Origin: Sphyrna mokarran
Lineage: Eukaryota
Assembly (NCBI GenBank): GCA_024679065.1
Contig: JAGIQG010000010.1
Coordinates: forward strand, 80,104,001-80,168,000
DNA length: 64,000 nucleotides
Direction of reading: 5' to 3'
Under the pieces are notes generated by a model. That model was not told the origin of the DNA, did not search any database, and worked only from the letters and a program-made list of their open reading frames with translations. The translations under genes and the position numbers were made by a program. Positions 51,230-64,000 of the stretch are shown piece by piece (position 1 is the first letter of the stretch; each line of letters starts with the position of its first letter).

Positions 51230-51446
51230 AGTCACTGTTCATCCTGACTTGGAAATAGTTGCTTCACTGTCACTAGGTCAAAATCCTGGAATTCCTGCCA
51301 CAACAGCACTTGGGCATACCTACACAACATAGGCTTCAGCAGTTCTATAAGGCAGCTCACCACCATCTTCTGAATGCAATTATGGATGGGTAAAACTACT
51401 GTCATGGCCAGTGAAGCCCAGGTCCCTCAAATTAGTAAAAGAAAAA
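51230..51446 (+). mobile_element. 3' end of CR1-group LINE (same family as 1790-3060)
   Basis: ATCCTGACTTGGAAAT..TCCTGGAATTCC..AAGGCAGCTCACCACCATCTTCT. Confidence 0.75.
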
Positions 51447-51865
51447 TCTGATGCCCATCTGCCCATACCATAGTCAACCATTTACCAATTCTATATTGGT
51501 TCGTTAGTCTGAGTAGCAACTACTGACTAAGGAAACTCCTATCCAAGGCCATTTCAAAATTCAGTGCACAGTTACTACTAGTTATTCTGTTTTATATGAT
51601 AGAATGGCTGGTTAAAGACATCTGGGTCTCAGAATTTTGGATAAATATTCACTTGACCCATTGTCTCAGACAGAAGCTGGGCAGAGAAGACCAAATGTCT
51701 TTTCAATGGAAACCATCCAAGTTTAGATGAATTCTCACTTTTGGGCCTCAGTACTATTCTATCAGTGAGTTGCTCATTCAATAGGGGTACTTCATGGATA
51801 GGACACTGCCAAAATATGTAAATCCATTATTAGGTCCATTATCAAGCCTTAGTCCTGACAACTTT

Positions 51866-54800
51866 TTGATAAGGTTGATAAGGTTCCCCATGGTAGGCTA
51901 CTGCAGAAAGTGCAGATGCATGGGATTGAAGGTGATTTAGCAGTTTGGATTAGGCATTGGCTAGCTGATAGAAGACAGAGGGTGGTGGTTGATGGGAAAT
52001 ATTCAACCTGGAGTGCAGTTACAAGTGGTGTACCTCAAGGATCTGTTTAGGGCCACTGCTGTTTGTCATTTTTATAAATGACCTAGATGAGGGTGTAGAG
52101 GGTTGGATTAGTAAATTTGCTGACGATACCAAAATGGGGGGAGTTGTAGATAGCGAGGATGGATGTTATAGTTTGCAGAGGGACATAGATAGGTTGCAGA
52201 GCTGGGCCGTGAGGTGGCAAATGGAATTCAATACGGATAAGGGTGAGGTGATTCACTTTGGTAGGAATAACAGGCATATGAAATATAGGGCTAATGGAAG
52301 GACCATTAATAGTGTTGTCGAGCAGAGGGATCTTGGGGTACAAGTACATAGCTCTTTGAAAGTTGGCACCCAGGTTGATAAAGTTGTTAAGAAGGCGTAC
52401 GGTGTGTTAGATTTTATTGGTAGAGGGATTGAATTTAGGAGCCGTGAGGTTATGTTACAACTGTACAAAACTCTGGTGCGGCCGCACTTGGAGTATTGTG
52501 TACAGTTCTGGTCGCCGCATTATAAGAAAGATAATTTAATAATTTTTTTTTTAGAGCAACACAGCACGGGAAACAGGCCCTTCGGCCCAACGAGCCCGCG
52601 CCGCCGTCATAACTATATAGTAACAGTTCCATTATCCTATCCTAATTTTAGGTTATTCCTAATATAGAAGAGTCTAAATGTAGGGACAATTTGTTTCCCA
52701 ATCAGCCTAAGAGCCAATTTTTGGGATGTGGGAGGAAACCGGAGCGCCCGGAGAAAACCCACGCAACCACGGGGAGAACGTGCAAACTCCCGCAGACACC
52801 GGCCCAATTCCAAGTGTCTGCAAGCTACAGCAATAGTCACTGAGCTGTCATGGTGCCCTTCAGATGGTCCAGATAAAGCACTCATTTACGACATGAAGCA
52901 CCAGGCAACCCATGAATCAACATCCAAGAGCTGTCCTCGCACCACCTGCCAAATGCATGCTCCTTGATGGTCAAGTATGGACCGAAATACCTGTGGAAAA
53001 AAAAGCCATAGTTAAACAGTCCTACTATATCCCTCTATCTGCATACCGCTCATGTGGCTGTCCAAGAGACCCTTAAACAGCCCTAGCATGCCTGCTCCCA
53101 CCACCTTACTCGGCAGTGCATTCCACACCCCCACTACCCTTTGTGTGGAAAAACTGCCCTCTAATATTCGTCTTATACATAGCCCCCCTCACCCTATGGC
53201 CATGACCCCTCGTCCTATCCATTTCTGAAGGTGGGAAAAGTTTACCTCCATTTACTCTATCTATACCCCTTATAATCTTATACACCTCTATTAGATCCCC
53301 TCTAAGCCGACGTCTTTCAAGGGAAAACAACCCCAGTCTATTTAATCGTTCCTCATAAGATAGTCCTTCCATACCAGGCAGCATCCTGGTAAACCTCCTC
53401 TGCACTCTCTCCAAGGACTCCACATCTTTCCAATAGTACGGCGACCAGAACTGGACGCAGTATTCCAAATGAGGCCTAACCAACGTTCTATACAATTGCA
53501 ACATCAAATTCCTACTCTAGTATTCTATACCCTTTTCAATGAAAGCTAACATACTATACGCTTTCTTTATCACCTTCTCCACCTGTGAAGACACCTTCAG
53601 AGACTTGTGAACCTGCACCCCCAAGTCCCTCTGCGTCTCTATACTCCGAATAGTTTTACCTTTTATCCTATAATTCTCTTCTACATTTTTCCGGCCAAAA
53701 TGCATCACCTCGCATTTTTCCGGATTAAATTACATTTGCCATCTATCTGCCCAATCTACCAACCTGTCTATGTCCTGTTGTATTGCCTGACACTGCTCCT
53801 CTGTACCCACCAATCCAAGCATCTTGGTGTCATCAGCAAATTTGCTGATCTCACCACCTACCCCAACTTCCAAGTCGTTTATGTAGACCACAAATAGAAG
53901 AGGACCTAGTACTGAGCCTTGTCGCACTCCACTAGTGACAGGCTTCCAGTCGGAAAAAGAGCCTTCCACTACTACCCTCTGTCTCCTCCTCCCGAGCCAG
54001 TTCTCGACCCATCTACATACCCGGCCCTGTATCCCACGCACCTTCACCTTCTCTATCAGTCTACCATGAGGAACCTTGTCAAACGCCTTACTGAAATCCA
54101 TGTAGACGACATCAACAGCATGTCCTTCATCAACTGTTTTTGTCACTTCTTCAAAAAATTCCACTAGATTTGTAAGACAAGACTTTCCCTTGACGAAGCC
54201 ATGCTGCGTATCCCTGATCAGATCGCAGCGCTCCAGATGCTCATACATCCTGTCCCTAAGGATCCTCTCCATTAGCTTACCTATAAACTGAAGTCAAGCT
54301 CACCGGCCTATAGTTCCCTGGGTGATCCCTCTGACCTTTTTTAAACAACGGTACTACGTTTGCTATCCTCCAGTCCTCTGGGACCTCACCTGTGTCCAAG
54401 GAAGAGACAAAGATTTGCGTCAGAGGCCCAGCTAGGTCTTCCCTCAACTCCCTGAGCAGCCTGGGGTAAATGCCATCAGGCCCCGGAGCTTTATATGTCT
54501 TTAAGCTGCCTAACAGCCCCAACACCTCTTTCCTCGTAATCCTTATTTCCCTCAACCGATCCTCAACTTTGTCAACATCAGGCACAGACATCTGGCCTGT
54601 CTCCTGCATGAATACCGATGCAAAGTATTCATTCAGGATCTCCCCCATTCCCTCAGGCTCTAAGCATACATCCCCTCCTCTGTCCCTGAGAGGTCCAATC
54701 TTGCTTCTAACCATCCTTTTGCTCCTTATGTAGGAGTAAAATGCCTTAGGATTTTCCTTAATCCTACCTGCCAGAGCCACTTCGTGGCCCTTTTTGCCTT

Positions 54801-55888
54801 TCTAACACCCCTTTTAAGATCCCGTCTACACTCTCTATAAGCTTCTAGCGCTGTCTCAGTCCCCAGTTGCCTAGATCTAATGTAAGCCTCTCGCTTCTTC
54901 CTGATCAAGTCCTCAATATCCCTGGTAAGCCACGGTTCTCTAATCCTACCTTTCCCATCCTTCCTCCTTGCCAGCATGTATCTTTCCTGCAGAGAGTTTA
55001 GTTTTCCCTTGAAAGACTCCCACATGTACCTCATCGACCTGCTCTCGAAAAGCTTATCCCAGTCGGTATCTTTAAGATCTTGCCTAATCTGGCTGTATCT
55101 AGCCCTCCCCCAGTTAAATACCTTCCCTTCTGGGCAGGTCTCGTCCTTTCCATTAATATCCTAAAGCAGACAGAGTGTGATCACTATTGGACACATGCTA
55201 TTCCTACCTCGATGGTCAACCAACTGCCCGGGCTCATCCCCAGAACCAAATCAGTATAGCCCACCTCTCTAGTCGGGCCATCCACATACGCTCAAGGACC
55301 CTTCCAAAACACCTGACAAATCCTCCCGTCCACTCCTACAGCTTGTGGCCTCTCCAATCTTACCCAGGGAAAAAATGAAATCTCCCACTACTATACCCTA
55401 TTTCCTACACTGATCTAGAATGTGGAGCATTGGAAAGGTTGCGCAGAGGAGAGTTACCAGGATGTTTGATGGTATGGTGGGAAGGCCTTATGAGGAAAGC
55501 TAAGGGACTGAGGTTATTTTCATAGAGAGAAGAGGTTAAGTGGTGACCTTATTGAGGCGATAAGTGATTCAGGGATTGGATAGGGTGGATGTTGAGAGCC
55601 TTTTTCCTCAGATGGGATGGACCAACACGAGGGGAAATACTGTAAATTAAGAGGTGTAGGTAGTAGGACGGATGTAGAGGCAATTTTCTTTCACGAAGGG
55701 TGCGGTGCAGAGCGTGTCTGGAATGCCCTGCCTGCGCAGTTGTGGATCGATGCTTGGGCGGCCATTCAAATGTTCGGTGGATAGGCATATGGATGATATT
55801 AGAACAGTTTAGGTTAGAGGGTCCACTGGCCGGCGCAACATCGAGGGCCGAAGGGCCTGTACTGCGCTGTAATGTTCTATGTTCTATT
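51866..55888 (+). mobile_element. Young HER1/CR1 LINE split by a nested inverted LINE (own sequence 51866-52532 and 55419-55888)
   Basis: FDKVPHGRL..SKFADDTK..LEYCVQFWSPHYKKD, then VEALER resumes at 55421; TTCTATG tail. Confidence 0.9.
52533..55418 (-). mobile_element. Young CR1 of a different subfamily with near-intact ORF2 RT and a long SINE-containing 3' region
   Basis: Consecutive ORFs 54726-55034, 54277-54780, 53730-54272 (YMDFSKAFDKVPH, SKFADDTK), 53517-53708, 53106-53507; CpGs retained. Confidence 0.92.
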
Positions 55889-56924
55889 AACTTAAGGACT
55901 TGATGAGACATGACTCTGAGGGTAAGTCACAGAGGTTTGGGCACTGTGAAGATGGACTTTCTGGACCAGTTGTGTATTAATGCTCCTCCTGCCTCACAAT
56001 AATCATTTACAAAACTGCATTCCCTTTTTTATGGCTGCCTTTTAAAGATCCCACTTCGACCACATAATTCCACTATTATATGCAATCAGTATTTACCCAT
56101 ATTAACAGAATAATATCAGATATTTGCATCTATTAAGTAGATACTTTTCCACCTGACTTACACATCTACTGTTTTTCAGCTGAAATTATATACAATTATC
56201 TTTGTCATTTCAACAGTTCCCAAGTTATAGCAAATTTCATACTTGAAATTCTAAATCGAGCATTATTCCAGATATTGCCCAAAAATTCATTTTAAGCTCC
56301 TTGTAAAATACTGTGATAAAAATTAACACTTAATAATAGTTAGCTGTGTTAGAAACAAACATATGCAACCAAATTTGCATTGAATTCTGCTAGATTATCT
56401 CTTTTAAGATTGTAAGTCCTCTATACTTTTTCACAAGCATTGTATTTGATATTAAGTACCACTTGAAAATCACTTCATTTTTTGAATGTAGCTGCTGAAT
56501 GTAACCAAAAAATATATTAAAGGTTATATGAGATCCACAAGACAGCACAGCTAGACCTCAGCAGCTAATAAGTACTTACTGTAGTTTCAGCATTATTCAC
56601 ATAAATAGGAACACCGATTTATAACTCCGTCCTGCTGCACGTCATTTTTGAATGATTCAAAACTGAATCAAGAACAACTTGTTATTTAAGGGATGACCTA
56701 GATTGGGTTACTGCATAATAGCCAGCAGCTGGTCACTAATGAATGTAGATAGTCAAACACTCAGTAAGTGAAGGTCACCTCCGTTTGAGGTTCCAAACTG
56801 ATGTGCCAGTAAGCAAATAAGATAAATCTTGCATGTCATTGTTGTTAACCCTTCCATTGCTGTATTTCTTCTGCACCTTCAAAAAGTATAGTGCAAGATT
56901 TTCCATCATCTTTTAATTTTATTT

Positions 56925-59700
56925 CATATGTTGCAGACATTTAAGGAGATATTTCATAACTCAACAAAGATACCTCTTATTGAAAAAGATAACTCCACAA
57001 GAAGGATAAGCAAACCATGGCTAACGAAAGAAGTAAAGGATAGTTTCAGATTAAAAGATATGAGCAGAGTGGGGAGCAATCTTATCAAACAAAATTCTAA
57101 GTCTAAAATGAATGTGAAAACGGAAGAGTTTCAGATCTGCTTTTTTTGGCAATTTCAAATGTTGAATTTTAGCGCATGAAGGTAGACAAGTCCCCGGGAC
57201 CGGATGAAATGCACCCCATTTTTCTGAAAGAAATGGCAGAAGTAATAGCAGATGCCTTAGTAATTATTTATCAAAATTCGCTGGACTCTGGGGAAGTGCC
57301 AGAATATTGGAAAACGGCTAATGTTATGCTGCTGTATAAAAAGAGTAGCAGACAAAAGGCAGGGAATTATAGGCCCGTTAGCTTAATGTCCATAGTTGGA
57401 AAATGCTAGAATCCATCATCAAAGAAGAAATAGCATGACACCTAGAAAAGAACAGTTTGATCAAGTGGACACAGCACAGATTTGTGAAGGGGAAGCTGTG
57501 TTTAACGAATTTATTGGATTTCTATGAGGATGTGACTAGTGCGGTAGATAGAGGGGAACCAGTGAATATGGTGTTTTTAGATTTCCAGAAGGCGTTTGAT
57601 AAGGTTCCTCACAAAAGGTCGCTGCAAAAGATTAGGGTGCACGGAGTTGGGGGTAAGGTGTTAGCATGGATTTAGGATTTGTTGTCTAACAGGAAGCAGA
57701 GAGTTGGAATCAATCGGTGCTTTTCTGGTTGGCAGTTGGTGATTAATGGAGTGCTGCAGGAATCAGTGCTGGGGCCTCAACTGTTTACCATCTACACAGA
57801 CGATCTACAGAAGGGGGCTGAGTGTAGGATAACGAAATTTGCTGATACACAAAGACTGAGTGGAAAAACAAATTGCGTGGAAAGTCTGCAGAGAGATCTG
57901 GATAGGCTCAGTGAGTGGGCAAGAACCTGGCAGATGGAGTATAACATTAGCAAATGTGAGGTTATCCACTTTGGTAGATATAATAGTAGTAGGAGGTATT
58001 ATTATTTAAAGGGCGAAAAACTACAGCATGCTACAGTGCAGAGGGACCTGCGGGTCCTTGTGCATGAATCGCAAAAATTCGGTCTGCAGGTACAGCAAGT
58101 GATTAAGAAGGCAAATGGAATGTTGGCCTTTATCGTGAGGGGGATAGAATATAAAAGCAGGGAGGTCTTGCTGCAACTGTACAGGGCACTGGTGAGGCTG
58201 CAACTGGAGTACTATGTGCAGTTTTGGTCCCCGCATTTGAGAAAGGATGTATTGGCCTTGGAGGGAGTGCAGAGAAGGTTCACCAGGCTAATACTGGAGA
58301 TGGGATTAGCTTATGAAGAGAAGTTGAATAGACTGGGTCTGTACTTGTTAGAGTTTAGAAGGCTGAGGGGGAGATCTTATAGAGACTTACAAGATAATGA
58401 AGGGGCTAGATATGGTAGAGGTAAAGAAATTCTTCCTACTTAGAAAGGATAGCAGAACTAGAGGGCACAGCCTCAAAATAACAGGGGTGGGGAGGGTAGT
58501 TTAGAACGGAGTCAAGGAGGAACTTCTTCACTCAAAGGGTGGTGAATCTCTGGAATTTTTTGCCCATTGAAGTGGTGGAGACTACCTCACTGAATATAGT
58601 TAAATCATGGGTAGATAGATTTCTGATGGATAAGGGAATTAAGAGTTATGGAGAGCAGGCGGGAAAGTGGAACTGATCCATTTCAGATCAGCCATGATCT
58701 TATTAAATGGCAGGTAGGCTTGAAGGGCTAGATGGCCTATTCCTGCTTCTATTTCTTATGTCCTTATGTATGAAATAATGCTGAAAATAGTTTCTTGCCA
58801 GTAGGGGGAGTAGGCAGAGCATAGATCACCAGAAAGTCGGCTGATAGTAGCAGAAGGCATTATTGTTTGGCTCTATCACATTCTTACCGGTTTGCTCCAC
58901 AAATCGGCCAGCAGGGTGCAATGGTAACAGTACCCCTGAGGTAAATGCTGTAAAGATTAGTGGCAGGTCAGAAGAATGACAAAGTTAATGATAAGGGGAT
59001 AAATTAGCAATAAATATAAAAGTAATAAGCTCTTTTACAAGTGTAGGAAAAGGAAGAGAGTAGCTAAATAAAAATTTGTCCCTTAGTGAATCAGATTGGG
59101 GAATTAATAATTGGAAATAAGAAAATATCAGAGACTTTGAAAACCTCTTTTGCATCTGACTTCACAGTAGAATATACAAAAAGCATTCCAAAAATAGCTG
59201 AAAATCAATGGAAGGGCTTAAAGCAATCATAATAACAATGGAAAAGGTAACAGAATTAAAAGTTGGCAAGTCTCCTGAAACTGACAGCCTACATCCTGTG
59301 ATCTTAAAATAAATGATTGCACAAATAATTGAGATTGATAGATTGGTTGTAATCTTGCAAAATTGTCCAGATTCTGGAAAGATCCCTATGGATTGGAAAA
59401 CCACAAATGTAAAACTATATTCGAGAAAAAAGGGAGATAGATAGCAGGAAACTATAGATCAGTTAGTCTAATATCTAGAAACAGATGAACACCGAAAATA
59501 GAAGCAGGAGCAAGCCTTTATGGCCTGCACCACCATTCATTATAATTATGGCTGATCATCAAATTCAATAACCTGATCCCACCTTGCCCACATCCCTTCA
59601 TCGTTTTAATAAAAACATACACTGACAAAATGCTGGATTCCGTTATCAATGAAGTAGTCATAGGTCATTTAGAAAGTTATAACACAATCAAGTGAATTGG
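56925..59700 (+). mobile_element. Old CR1 fragment (56925-57070 and 58950-59700) hosting a younger CR1
   Basis: QTFKEIFHN..KPWLTKEVKD resumes after 58950; IPMDWKTTNV, AGNYRSVSL. Confidence 0.7.
57170..58770 (+). mobile_element. CR1 LINE RT and 3' end (same subfamily as 33263-36283)
   Basis: MKVDKSPGPDEMHP, FLDFQKAFDKVPH, 254-aa ORF 57679-58443; ATTTCTTATGTCCTTATG tail. Confidence 0.92.
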
Positions 59701-59779
59701 TTATCTGGTTCTATGACATGGAAATTCGGTGGAATGTCAGAGTGTCAGGCTCTGACTGAAAACTGGCATGTATTTTTCT

Positions 59780-60325
59780 AGATGCTGAGCTGAGTTTTAG
59801 ACCAGGTGGTTGAGTGAGAGAAAGGGTTGAGGTACAGGACGGGTGACAGACGGTGTCCATAGAAAAGACTGGCATGCTTCAATTAAAATGGCTGACTGAA
59901 GAAGAGCATTCACCTTTTGACACTGCTGCCCTGTCTTTTGCAGAACACTTGCTCTCACCACAGCTGACCTTACATCCCAGGGCAAGGATGGTGATCCTGC
60001 TTAAAGGCTATCCCTAGAGCGAGAGTAAAATGTGTCCTACTCTGCTCCACTCCATCCAGCATCCCGCTCTAAAACATATAGTGCAAGTTTTTTGCTGCCA
60101 TCCTCTGCAATCATTGTGGAACAAGTGCTAGGAAGTGTTTATATGGAGCTCCCTGGTGCTTGCAGCAGTTAAGTTATTGCGAGCGAGTCAGATAGAACAC
60201 ACTGCAAGTGTTGTGTGATACTCATGGGCATTCAATTATTGCAAATGAGACATAAGATTTAGTCAGAAAACACTCTGTTTTTCACGCCAGAACCAATACC
60301 TTCCATTTTTTGGTAAGGTTTTGCA
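59780..60325 (-). pseudogene. Harbinger end with Myb/SANT-like gene fragment
   Basis: PWDVRSAVVRASVLQKTGQQCQKVNALLQSA resembles W..VA..V....RT..QCRKK.NDL; terminus like 10035. Confidence 0.6.
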
Positions 60326-60904
60326 GATTGTCTATCATACACACTTAGAAATAGGCAAAAAAATACTCAATACTAATTCAATCAATGGGATGAGACAACA
60401 TCAACTTTGTTCACAGCCAGTATCTAAACTATGGCTGATCACATAATATTACAAGGGTAGCAGAAGATTAGTTTGAGATAAGTTCCCAGATTACTTGCTA
60501 CCTTCGCACACAGAGCCCTGTCATTTGATCTGCATTAGGTTGAAATATACACAAATTATTTGATTTCATAATAACTGGACACACTGCATTAACAGTCATG
60601 TGTTTAAGAGGCAAAATATAGAAATGAATAGAACAACAGAAATTTGCAAATACTAGAACAGAAAACATAGCCAAATGGCTTCATAAAAAATGTTTTTTTT
60701 TTGTCTTTTGCCTCACCAATGACTGTGTGAGTTTACCAACTGCTTTGCAATTGATCCAATTCCTGCAGAAGGGAAAATTATATTTCAGTGGGTTTTCTAT
60801 TGGCTATGTTCAATTAATCTCTTACTGACTGGAGCAACACTGAATGCCAGTAACATACTGCCATAATTTGGGTCCAATGGTCATGGTTGAAAATATGATG
60901 TCTG

Positions 60905-61750
60905 GAACTGAATTTTCATTCTGAGGTTGGTACACCGATGTCAGGCACATTTTGTGCATCATCTCGGCGCCTGATGCTTGGCATGGTTTTTAATAGGCGG
61001 GTTAATTAGTAACTAGGATGTGCAAGGCTGTTCTATTAAGGACAGTAGAACCAAAAGTGAGAAATGAATGAAGCAAATGCAGTTTAAAGATGGTTCAGAG
61101 CCATTATTGTGGCTGCAGGTTTAGGATGAAATAGAGAGAATCAGGTATCCATGCTAAGGTAGCCTTATGGTTCAGCAATGCTTGCTTTGATGTTCTTTGG
61201 AAGTGAGAGCATTCAATAAGTCCTAGAGAGCACCAAGTGAATGCCAGCCAGTGAGACAAGTAGGTATTGCTGGAGTTGGAAAAGGAAGTGCAGTGAGGTG
61301 TTCAGGACCTGGGTACAATGACACAAATGCTTCAGTAACTTTCTAGAGACTTGCAAGGTGAATACCACACTGAGATGCCAGATCTTTAGTCACAAACGTA
61401 CACAAGATAAACAATCTGACAGTGCATAATCCTCCAGAAACTTTCATGCCAGCAGCATTACAGTGCGGGCAAAGATCAAATCACCAGCAAAAATTCAGGA
61501 GGCAGTACTATAAATGATAACATTACACATGATGGTGCAGCTACAAGTACTGAAGGCAGACACTATGGTCCTAATTCTCACCCTTCTGAGCTTGCAGGAA
61601 CAAAAAATACACCATGCAAAAAAAAGTGTAGCCCAGTGGTGAAATGACATCTAGTTATTCTAATAGTCATAAAGGAGGTATCGTATGACTTGGCCAGGGT
61701 TGTAGCATAGGAGAGAATGGGCAATAATGAGATGGGAGTCCATCTAAGTC
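60905..61750 (+). pseudogene. Harbinger Myb/SANT-like gene remnant
   Basis: KVALWFSNACFDVL..RTWVQ*HKCFSNFLETCK followed by a GTGA donor-like site. Confidence 0.5.
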
Positions 61751-62439
61751 AGGGTGAAAAGATCTGATCATCTCCATTGATATGCCTCTTCTTGTTCAGA
61801 CTTCATTTCAGAAATCGCAGCATATTAGAACCCCTTCAGGAAACAATCATGTACATCCCTCCCTGCAGTAACTTTCCCGACTGCTTTAACCTCCAATGCC
61901 CTGAATTCATCCAGGATAATACTCGTTCATTCCCACCTACTTTAAAATGCATACTGATATTTATTTAGACAAAGTAGATTGCTGGAAATTGAATTGGAAA
62001 ATTCCCAAAGTGCCAACAATCAACATTAAACTTGAGGAATAGCTCTCTAATCCCTTCCTGCCATTAAAACAACAACATTGCTATAAAAATTCATACTCTC
62101 AATGTTCTCCACTGATCATACACATTTTCACAGGGATTGTAAATAGAGTTTATTGTAAACAGGAATATGGTAGCCAGAGTTTGAGCCTTGACAATCCCAC
62201 ACAATCATCTTTAGAGCTCCCAAAGAATTCTTGGCCTAATATTTTCCTCGTTTATATGCTGCACTTGATTACATAATTTTCAAACATGTCATCAACTTTC
62301 ACGTGTATATGATGACAGCCAGTTCGACCTCCCTCCGATCGCAGTCAATAACTCCATTGCTTCAACACTATTAAATCCTTTCTCTGATATCTAATCTTAG
62401 ATAAGCTGTAATTTCGCAAGCTAAACATTGGGAAGATCG

Positions 62440-62722
62440 TGTGTGGTACCGTGGCACAGTGGTTAATATTGCTGCCTCACAGCATCAGGGATCTGGGTTC
62501 AAATCCAATCTCGGGTCTGTGCGGAGTCTACACATTCCCCCCCTCTCTGCATGGGTTTTCTCTGGGTTCTCAGGTTTCCTTCCACAGTTCAAAGACGTGC
62601 ATGTTAGGTGAATTGGCCATCTAAATTGCCCCTTAGTATCAGGGAGATTAATGGGGTAAATACTTGAGGTTACAGGGGTAATGTCTGGGTGAAATTGGCC
62701 GCCTGCACTGTAGGGATTCTAT
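62440..62722 (+). mobile_element. HE1-type V-SINE
   Basis: GTGGCACAGTGGTT A-box, GGGTTCAAATCC B-box, V core, GTAGGGATTCTATG tail. Confidence 0.85.
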
Positions 62723-62852
62723 GGGCAGGATTTTCTGGCTGTACTCACCACAAGACCAGAAAATCCTGCCTGAGGTCAACAGACTTTTACATAATCCATT
62801 TCCTGCCCTCTTTGACTCTTGTGATGGGCGGGATGGGAAAATTCTACTCTAT
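62723..62852. mobile_element. Short Harbinger-type MITE
   Basis: TAT-GGGCAGGATTTTC .. GAAAATTCTACTC-TAT: imperfect TIRs with 3-bp TAT TSD. Confidence 0.65.
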
Positions 62853-64000
62853 AATTCTATAAGCCATCACCTTCAGCTCTCATTGCAAACTCATAAATTC
62901 TGTCTTGCTGACTACAGTCTCATGGTGAATTGTGCCATTTGTATCCTTGGCCTCTAGTTCAATTATGACCTGAGTTTCTGATCCTATATCTTCTCCCTAA
63001 TTCAGTCTATCTTCTGAAATTCTCATCAAATGCTCCAACGATCACCTGGCCACTCACTCATTGTACACTTTCTGTAAATTTTAGCTGATCCAAAACTTTT
63101 CTATCTGTATCTTGTCTTTCACAAAGCTCTACTCAGCTCTGTGGTCCTTGAATTTAATCTTTGTGACTGAACTACACCATGAGATTAGATTTATCACACT
63201 TATGCTAACAGGTTTGAAAAATGGGCACATTAAACCCATAAGATGGCCTGTCTGCCATCAGCCTTTCCAATCTCACCCCCAGTACAATTATACCAGCAGT
63301 TCATGGGAAGCTGGGCAGCTCACCTGCAGTGAGCCAATTGAGGCCTTTAAGTGGGCAATTAGTGTCCACTTAAAGGTATGTGCTCCCAAATAGCACTCAA
63401 CTGGTGCTGGGGAAAGGTCTATGTTAAGCAGCCAACCCAGCAGGTTTCCTACATTGGCTGATGGTGGGCCGAGAGGTGCCTCCTTAATTTGCCACCTGAA
63501 CCCATCAGACATCCCCAAGTTGTTACCTTCCCCACCAGATTGCCCTTCTCTTACAAACTCTCAAACCCCAGCCCCCACCTTGCCTTCTGATATCTAAATA
63601 CTTACAAAGTTCTGATCCATTGTTTTATCATTGCCTGAGTGTGGAGTAGTAATGGTCATCACTCGCAGTGGTGTTACCTCTGATTGACTGTCAGTCCTCT
63701 CAGGTAGAAATCCCACATCTAGCCTACTAATGCTAACGATTAAATGATGGTATGGCAGCCATCATTCCAGACTTTTTAGCTGTAGGAATCATGGCACCAC
63801 TGTTCTCTGTCCTTATTTTGTCTAAATTTTTCCATTATTTTTCCCCCTCCATCACAACTCCTTCACCTAGGAGCTTGAATACTGTGAAAGAATGAGGATA
63901 GAAACATAAAAACAAAGCAGAGTTAAAATAGAAGAGAAAAGCTAAGGTATAATGGCTTAAGGCAGGAAAGGCAACATGTACATGATATAGAGGGAAAGAA

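Larger units (their letters stand above)
62215..63190 (+). mobile_element. Decayed L2 LINE RT fragment, interrupted by a SINE and a MITE
   Basis: ILGLIFSSFIC / VYML..NFHVY.DDSQFDL resembles the L2 ILGPLLF.IYM..FHMYADDTQLY motif. Confidence 0.6.

Noticed and set aside
53106-55164. Active autonomous LINE
   Set aside because: 5'-truncated (no ORF1, endonuclease incomplete) and ORF2 is broken in this assembly
576-63518. Numerous 60-140 aa ORFs in the supplied track as host genes
   Set aside because: They are TE fragments, antisense frames of TEs or random ORFs; no recognisable host protein or consistent exon chain

Overview
Eukaryotic, repeat-dominated non-coding DNA, almost certainly from a cartilaginous fish (shark). 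This assignment is inferred from HE1-type tRNA-derived V-SINEs and HER1/CR1 LINEs with (TTCTATG)n tails. I recognise no host protein-coding exon, rRNA, true tRNA gene or CRISPR array; the supplied ORFs are transposon fragments or spurious. The window is a nested mosaic of CR1/HER1, L2 and CR1-group LINEs, at least three SINE types, two Penelope-like (GIY-YIG) retroelement families, a decayed Gypsy element (integrase, PPT, 3' LTR) and PIF/Harbinger remnants (HARBI1-like transposase, Myb/SANT partner genes, MITEs). The most interesting signals are: (1) about ten minimal type-I hammerhead ribozyme motifs at Penelope ends, with covarying stem II, palindromic stem III and CpG-type loss of catalytic G8/G12; (2) tiny Penelope-end insertions with TSDs, some breaking near the predicted cleavage site; (3) four local templated duplications of 60-330 bp; (4) a young CR1 whose 3' UTR appears to contain a captured V-SINE core. 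Coordinates of old repeats are approximate (tens of bp). Family names come from recognising motifs by eye, not from database searches.
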